Source: Zancudomyces culisetae HAW-14-8
Lineage: Eukaryota; Fungi; Kickxellomycota
DNA length: 64,000 nt
Direction of reading: 5' to 3'
NCBI GenBank assembly: GCA_052426225.1
Contig: JBNJNM010000011.1
Span: 682,001 to 746,000 of the forward strand
The position numbers and the translations under genes were made by a program. Under the pieces are notes generated by a model. That model worked only from the letters and a program-made list of their open reading frames with translations, had not been told where the DNA came from and made no database searches. Positions 58,938-64,000 of this stretch are shown here, in pieces (the first letter of the stretch is position 1; each line of letters begins with the position of its first letter).

Positions 58938-59887
58938 TTTTCTATTTTTCTATTCCTCTATTTTTCTTTTTGTATATTTTCTTTTCTTTTCTTTTCTTTT
59001 ATGTGAATTTGTTTATTTTTATAATATACTCAAACTTTAATTATTTTTCCTTTCTCTCTTTTGCTGAATAAATAAACTAGTAAACAAAATAAAATACAGA
59101 CAAAATAAAATAGACAAAATATTTAAAAACCCTACAAGATTTGTCGAATTTTTATTTGGCTACTACTTTATTTTTCCCTTTTTTTTTATTCATTACTTTT
59201 TTTGTTTTTTTTTGTTTTTGAACCAAAAAATAAAAATGTTCCAACAATACAATTCACATATCAGCCCATTAATATTATTTACTATTTCCTCCTCTCTCTT
59301 CTCTTCTCCACCTTGTCATTTTCATTTTTATTTTCATTTTCATTTTTATCTTGTTATTATATTTACCTCCTTCCTCTTTCCCTCTCCCCCTCCCCCCTTG
59401 TACTACTCCTTCCCTCTTTTAATATTCTACCTTTATACATTTTAATTTATCATCTTTTATTTATTAACCCTGTTTAACTTTTTTTTTTTTTTTTTTTTTT
59501 TAGTAAAGATCGTAACAATTAATATATAAAAAATGATAATGAAAATTACAAATAACAACTTGATCTCATTTTTCCAAACGAAAAATTTAAAAAAGGTATC
59601 TAGTCTTTTCTCTCTTTCTATTTCTCTCCTTCTCTTTCGGATTAACCGAACCATGTTAATAATACTATTACCAACCCGCTCCTCTTCCCCCCCCCCAATG
59701 TCTAATACTTCTCTTTCTCTATATCATTCCTTTTTCATTCTTTATTTATCATATCGCCAACCCCCCCCCCCCCTCCCCTCCCCTCCCTTATTCTTGCTTG
59801 TACATTTATCTGACCTGATCTGATCTGATATTGTGCCCCATCTGTTACGTTGCTTCTACTCCCTTCCATAGAAAAATAATCAAAATA

Positions 59888-60779
59888 TTAGATTGCCTCT
59901 GCCTCATCTTGTGGAATAACCCTAAAGGTACCAATTAAATTAAACCCAATTAAATCCAATTCAATTAAATTCAATCACCTTGATATTCCATATTCTTACT
60001 AATAATACTGCTACTTACTGTAAAACGACATTGTGTTTTGGTCTTACATACACATAGTCCCTTTCATCCACCACTTTTCTAATTTAGTTTTAATTTTTTA
60101 ATTTGTTTTGTTCTATTATTAGTATTCATTGTCAATATCTTTTGTTAGAAAACATCCTCCTCCTCCTCCTCCTCCTCCTTCTCCTTCTTCTCCCTCCTCT
60201 TTTTTTTTTTTCTTTTTCCTCTTCCTTATCTTTTCTCCATCCCCGTCTAAGCTTTAATCAAACTTCAAATCCAATATCCACAAATATATTTACTTACAGT
60301 GTTGGAATCAGTGTTCGCTTCTTCAACTTTTTCTTCAACAAGGCAGCCTTGGAGTTCCTCGAGTCGTTTTTCAAAATCTCATCAATCTGCTCCACGCTTG
60401 TATACACCACTTCGACATCCTGTGCATTATCTTCCACATGGCTATTTCCTCTACGCCCTACCCTCTCTTTAAGGCTGCCAGTAAGGCTGCTGCGTTGCAT
60501 TGACATTGTCCTTGTTGATTTTATACTCTTGCCATCCCGCACCTCAGGCTCCTCACTCGAGTATCGTTGTAGAGGTGAGTGTGAAAATGCTTGTGGTATA
60601 TTTATTGAGTATCTGTTCGTTCGCATAATGGGCGATTCTGGTGGGCTCACTTCCATTTTGTCTTGTTGGTTGTTTTTCCCTTCTCTTTCTGTTTCTACCT
60701 TTGTTTCTACCTTTGTTTCTACCTCTGTCTCTACTTTTCTTTCTACTTCTCTTTCTCTTTCTGGTTCAATCACTGTCAT
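59888..60779 (-). CDS. Hypothetical charged protein, probably 3 exons
   Basis: Exon 1 60779-60298 ends at GTAAGT. Exons 60078-60052 and 59921-59888 extend it in frame to ..IPTLKVVDERDYVVIPQDEAEAI*. Contains (E/K)VET repeats. Confidence 0.55.
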
Positions 60780-62166
60780 TGTTGCTTTTACCTTTTATTC
60801 TATTGCTTAATAAACCTCTCTTTTTTTTCCGGTTGTCCTTTGCTTTTGCTTCTACTTGAGCTTCTACTTGGATTTCTAGTTTTATGTTTTCAGGGTATAT
60901 CCTTCAAACTCTATAATAACGTGTTACAAACACTTGCGATATTTATTTTTTTTTGCTAAATAGAATATTTATAATGTTCAAAAGAAAAAATAAAGATGGT
61001 GTAATGTTTTATTTGAAGGTTCAAGTTGCAAAATGTGAGAGGGAAGGTGGAGGTGGATAATTTGAGGATGATAAATACTTTTGTACTCTTTATTTTCTAT
61101 TGCGTTTTATAATTGATTATTTTTTATCATCAAATTTTAATACTTTTTACTGATATTGCATTAAATTATAATATCCCAATTTTATTTTTTTTTAGCTCTT
61201 TTACTTTTTTATTTTAAACCTGATTTTACTTAATTTTACCTGCTTTTATTTTTATTTTTATTTCTTATTATTAATCATTACATCATGTTTCTAATTTTAT
61301 TTTTGGAATGTTAGAATATTATAAACTTTCCGGCTTTTTTTTTATAATTTTTTATTATTTTTTTAGATTCTTGATTTCTATATTACCAATAATTTATAAT
61401 CGATTATATCAGCCCAATGTTTGTAAAAACCTTATACCCACATATTACACAACAATAATAATAAAAAAGTAATTGAAATTACCCACTAAATTCATGTTTT
61501 TTTTTCTTTTAATTTTGTTTATAATTTCTTTGCAATAAATCTCGACCTTTATACTTTCATTTCCTATTTATTTTTATTTGGTTTTTTTTTAATTTGCTTT
61601 CCCCATTATTTATACATTTTATTTTATTTTGTAATTTATTTTTTTGCCTAGTTTCAATAAGCCATAGTTCTTCGTCGTTTATTTTCCCAAGGTTTAACCA
61701 TGGCTATATATTAACCTTACATATACAGCATGTAAAAAAAACAGAAAAGAACAATACCCAAAGATATACTTTAAACATTCTAGTACCATTTTATATATTA
61801 AGCATATAAAAAGATGGTTTATCCTTTTGTCTTTGCTCATCTATCTATGTTACTTGATAAATGTTAACTACTGTTGTTGCCGCACTTACCAATGTAGGCT
61901 GTTCTTACAATGACCACACAATAAGTACATAGAATAATACTACATCCACCCACAGTTTTCATTTTTTGTTATTACTAAACTTTCTCTTTGAAAATATTCC
62001 GTGTTGATAATTCACAACCATCTAGACAAAAAAAAAAGGGAAAATGCTTAACCTTTATCCATAACATCACAAGTACAACTTTGGTAAAATAAAAATAAAT
62101 TACAGGTTGCCTCATATCGTCTGGTTGAAGGTAAAGGAGGATGAAAAGAAGGATGTGTATAGAGAT

Positions 62167-62206
62167 GAGGTGAGAGGTGAGAGGTGAGAGGTGAGAGGTG
62201 AGAGGT
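62167..62206 (+). repeat. (GAGGTGA)n tandem repeat
   Basis: About 5.5 copies visible. Confidence 0.85.
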
Positions 62207-63201
62207 ATCAGAGTCTTGTAAAACTACTTACTCTAGATGCTACTTTTACCAACACAAACAATTAGACAATTTTCAATCAATATTATGGAAGTGTAAGGCT
62301 TCTCTTCGGATATATAGCAGAGTATAATTTAACCAAGTCTAGAATTAGGCTTGTCCTCCAACTTTTTCATTTTCACTTTTCACTTTTCATTTTATTTATT
62401 TACTATTTATATATTTACATGTATTTCCAGAATTTTTTTTCTATGTGTATTAATTATTTTTCTAGTTCGAGCCATTATTAATTTAAATTTATTAACTACA
62501 ATTTGCAAATAATACATGATAGAAATAATAAAATGATAACCTGGGCCCTAATAGAGAAAAGACCCTTCAAGAAAATAAGCAATGTGGTACTATTAGGTCC
62601 AGGTATTACTATACTTCCCATATTTAGATACCTTGCGTACTTGTACTTTACATAACCCTTCATATCCAAAATACACCCCCCCCCCTCACCCATGATTTAT
62701 GCACAAAACTATTACACGAACACTCAGAGATTATTACGATCTGTTATTATTTGTTTCTACCTTTTCCTTTTCATTTTCCTTTTCCTATTTTTTTTTTGAT
62801 AAATTCTAATTACACTGCATATAGAAATAAAAATCCGAATGAGTCATGATAGTTGAATAAATTTCGGACTAGCTGCCAAATGTAACAGACAAGGGTGGAG
62901 GGGAGGGGGTATACGATGTATGTACAAGCAGAGTTGTCAAATACAACACAAGCGTTTGTGGTATATGATACAGCTCCGATCTTTCTTTGCACATATCACT
63001 CAGCCATCTACAACAACATTACTATACAAACGGTAGGAAAAGAAAACAAAGGAATTGGACAAGAGTTCATGATCTTATTATCTACATATAAAACACATCA
63101 CACATAAACAAAAATAAAAATAAAAAACAACATATCCCCGTCCCCATCCCCATCCCCTCCTTCTTCTATAACCATTTTTTTAGTAGCACATTTCTTATAA
63201 A

Positions 63202-63696
63202 TCAATGCTTTGCATGTGCTCTAGCCTTCAATTCCTTTCTCTTTAGTCTCATTTTCTGCTTGGCAGACATCTTTGCCTGTAAAATCTCTAGTCGCTCCCT
63301 TTCCTGCTTCAACTTCTTTTTTTGAATAATGGCATCCTTTCTGGCCTTCGTTTCTTCATCCTTGGTCTGTTTCATTTCTCTTTCAAGTTGTTTTGTGACT
63401 TGCTGAGCCAGTCTCTGTACCTGACGCTTTTCAAAACTTGATTTCAGAGTCTTTGGCAACGTCGACCTATTTGTAGCTTTCTTTGCTACTTTCCACATTT
63501 TTCCTATTAAAATACACAAAAATGTACATTTATTACTAGAATACCAATAACAACAATATAAAAACGTATTGAATGTGCTCCCAATGAGCAAAGCATAATG
63601 GTAACGTGAGTGGTACTTACCTGACACTCGTGATTGGATTTTGGGAACGTTCGAGCCGAGTTTGGTCTCAATCTTTTTCTGTTCGTTTTCTGACAT
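63202..63696 (-). CDS. CGR1: rRNA-processing protein Cgr1 (2 exons)
   Basis: Exons 63696-63621 and 63503-63202 give RVSGKMWK..SFEKR..KMSAKQKMRLKRKE. Confidence 0.88.
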   Translation of the reverse strand: MSENEQKKIETKLGSNVPKIQSRVSGKYHSRYHYALLIGSTFNTFLYCCYWYSSNKCTFLCILIGKMWKVAKKATNRSTLPKTLKSSFEKRQVQRLAQQVTKQLEREMKQTKDEETKARKDAIIQKKKLKQERERLEILQAKMSAKQKMRLKRKELKARAHAKH

Positions 63697-64000
63697 GATA
63701 TACTTTTGATCTATGTGTTAATTAAAAGTTGAATTCTGCTTCCTATATTTTACACCTTTTGATTTAATATATTTTGTTTCTAAATTTGAAAAAATATGTA
63801 TAAAAAAATATCGATTTAGCTTATTTTTTTTACTTTTCGTGTATGGAAAATTTTTTATTTTTTTTAATCCTTTGCTTTTGCTTTTGCTTTTGCCATTGCT
63901 TTTTGCGTTTGGATGGAAAAATAATGTGAAAATTGCTAATTTCGGTTTATTAAACGAGCAAATCAATGAATTGGAATACTGATCAAGTATCTAGATTCTT

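Noticed and set aside
46821-59040. Many antisense and alternative-frame ORFs within the Ssr4-like gene, UTP10 and SRP101 (also 50-562)
   Set aside because: By-products of repeats and strand-biased composition.
62500-63107. Hydrophobic fragments faintly like RTA1-family proteins
   Set aside because: Could not build a consistent spliced model.
1-64000. tRNA, rRNA, CRISPR arrays
   Set aside because: No cloverleaf, rRNA signature or repeat-spacer array seen; the context is eukaryotic.

Overview
AT-rich eukaryotic DNA with short spliceosomal introns. Gene content and style suggest an early-diverging fungus, plausibly Harpellales (Zancudomyces/Smittium-like); this is an inference. All assignments are by eye, with no database search. 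Left core block (1-27.9 kb): Msb2/Hkr1-like mucin (5'-truncated), EEF2KMT/Efm3, dymeclin, RPL42, MRPS8, DUF4536, Msn5/XPO5, an APE1-type endonuclease, a three-exon CKS1 only partly seen by the ORF track, and a SCAP-like WD40 protein lacking a sterol-sensing domain. Right core block (42-64 kb): MET22, ELP3, Ssr4-like, UTP10, SRP receptor alpha and CGR1. Between them lies a ~14-kb accessory island bracketed by two paralogous pseudogenes and filled with LINE and Ty3/Gypsy relics. It carries three related small secreted proteins with a betagamma-crystallin-like CxxxNCxGxC domain and a shared 16-bp promoter motif. One copy has TGA at two conserved Cys positions plus a SECIS-like 3' hairpin, so it is either a pseudogene or a selenoprotein candidate. 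Other notable signals: a strongly folding ~400-nt ncRNA candidate behind RPL42, a hidden AG|GT junction in RPL42 intron 1, a 9-nt microexon, two GC-AG introns, and GC-skew domains that ignore gene boundaries.
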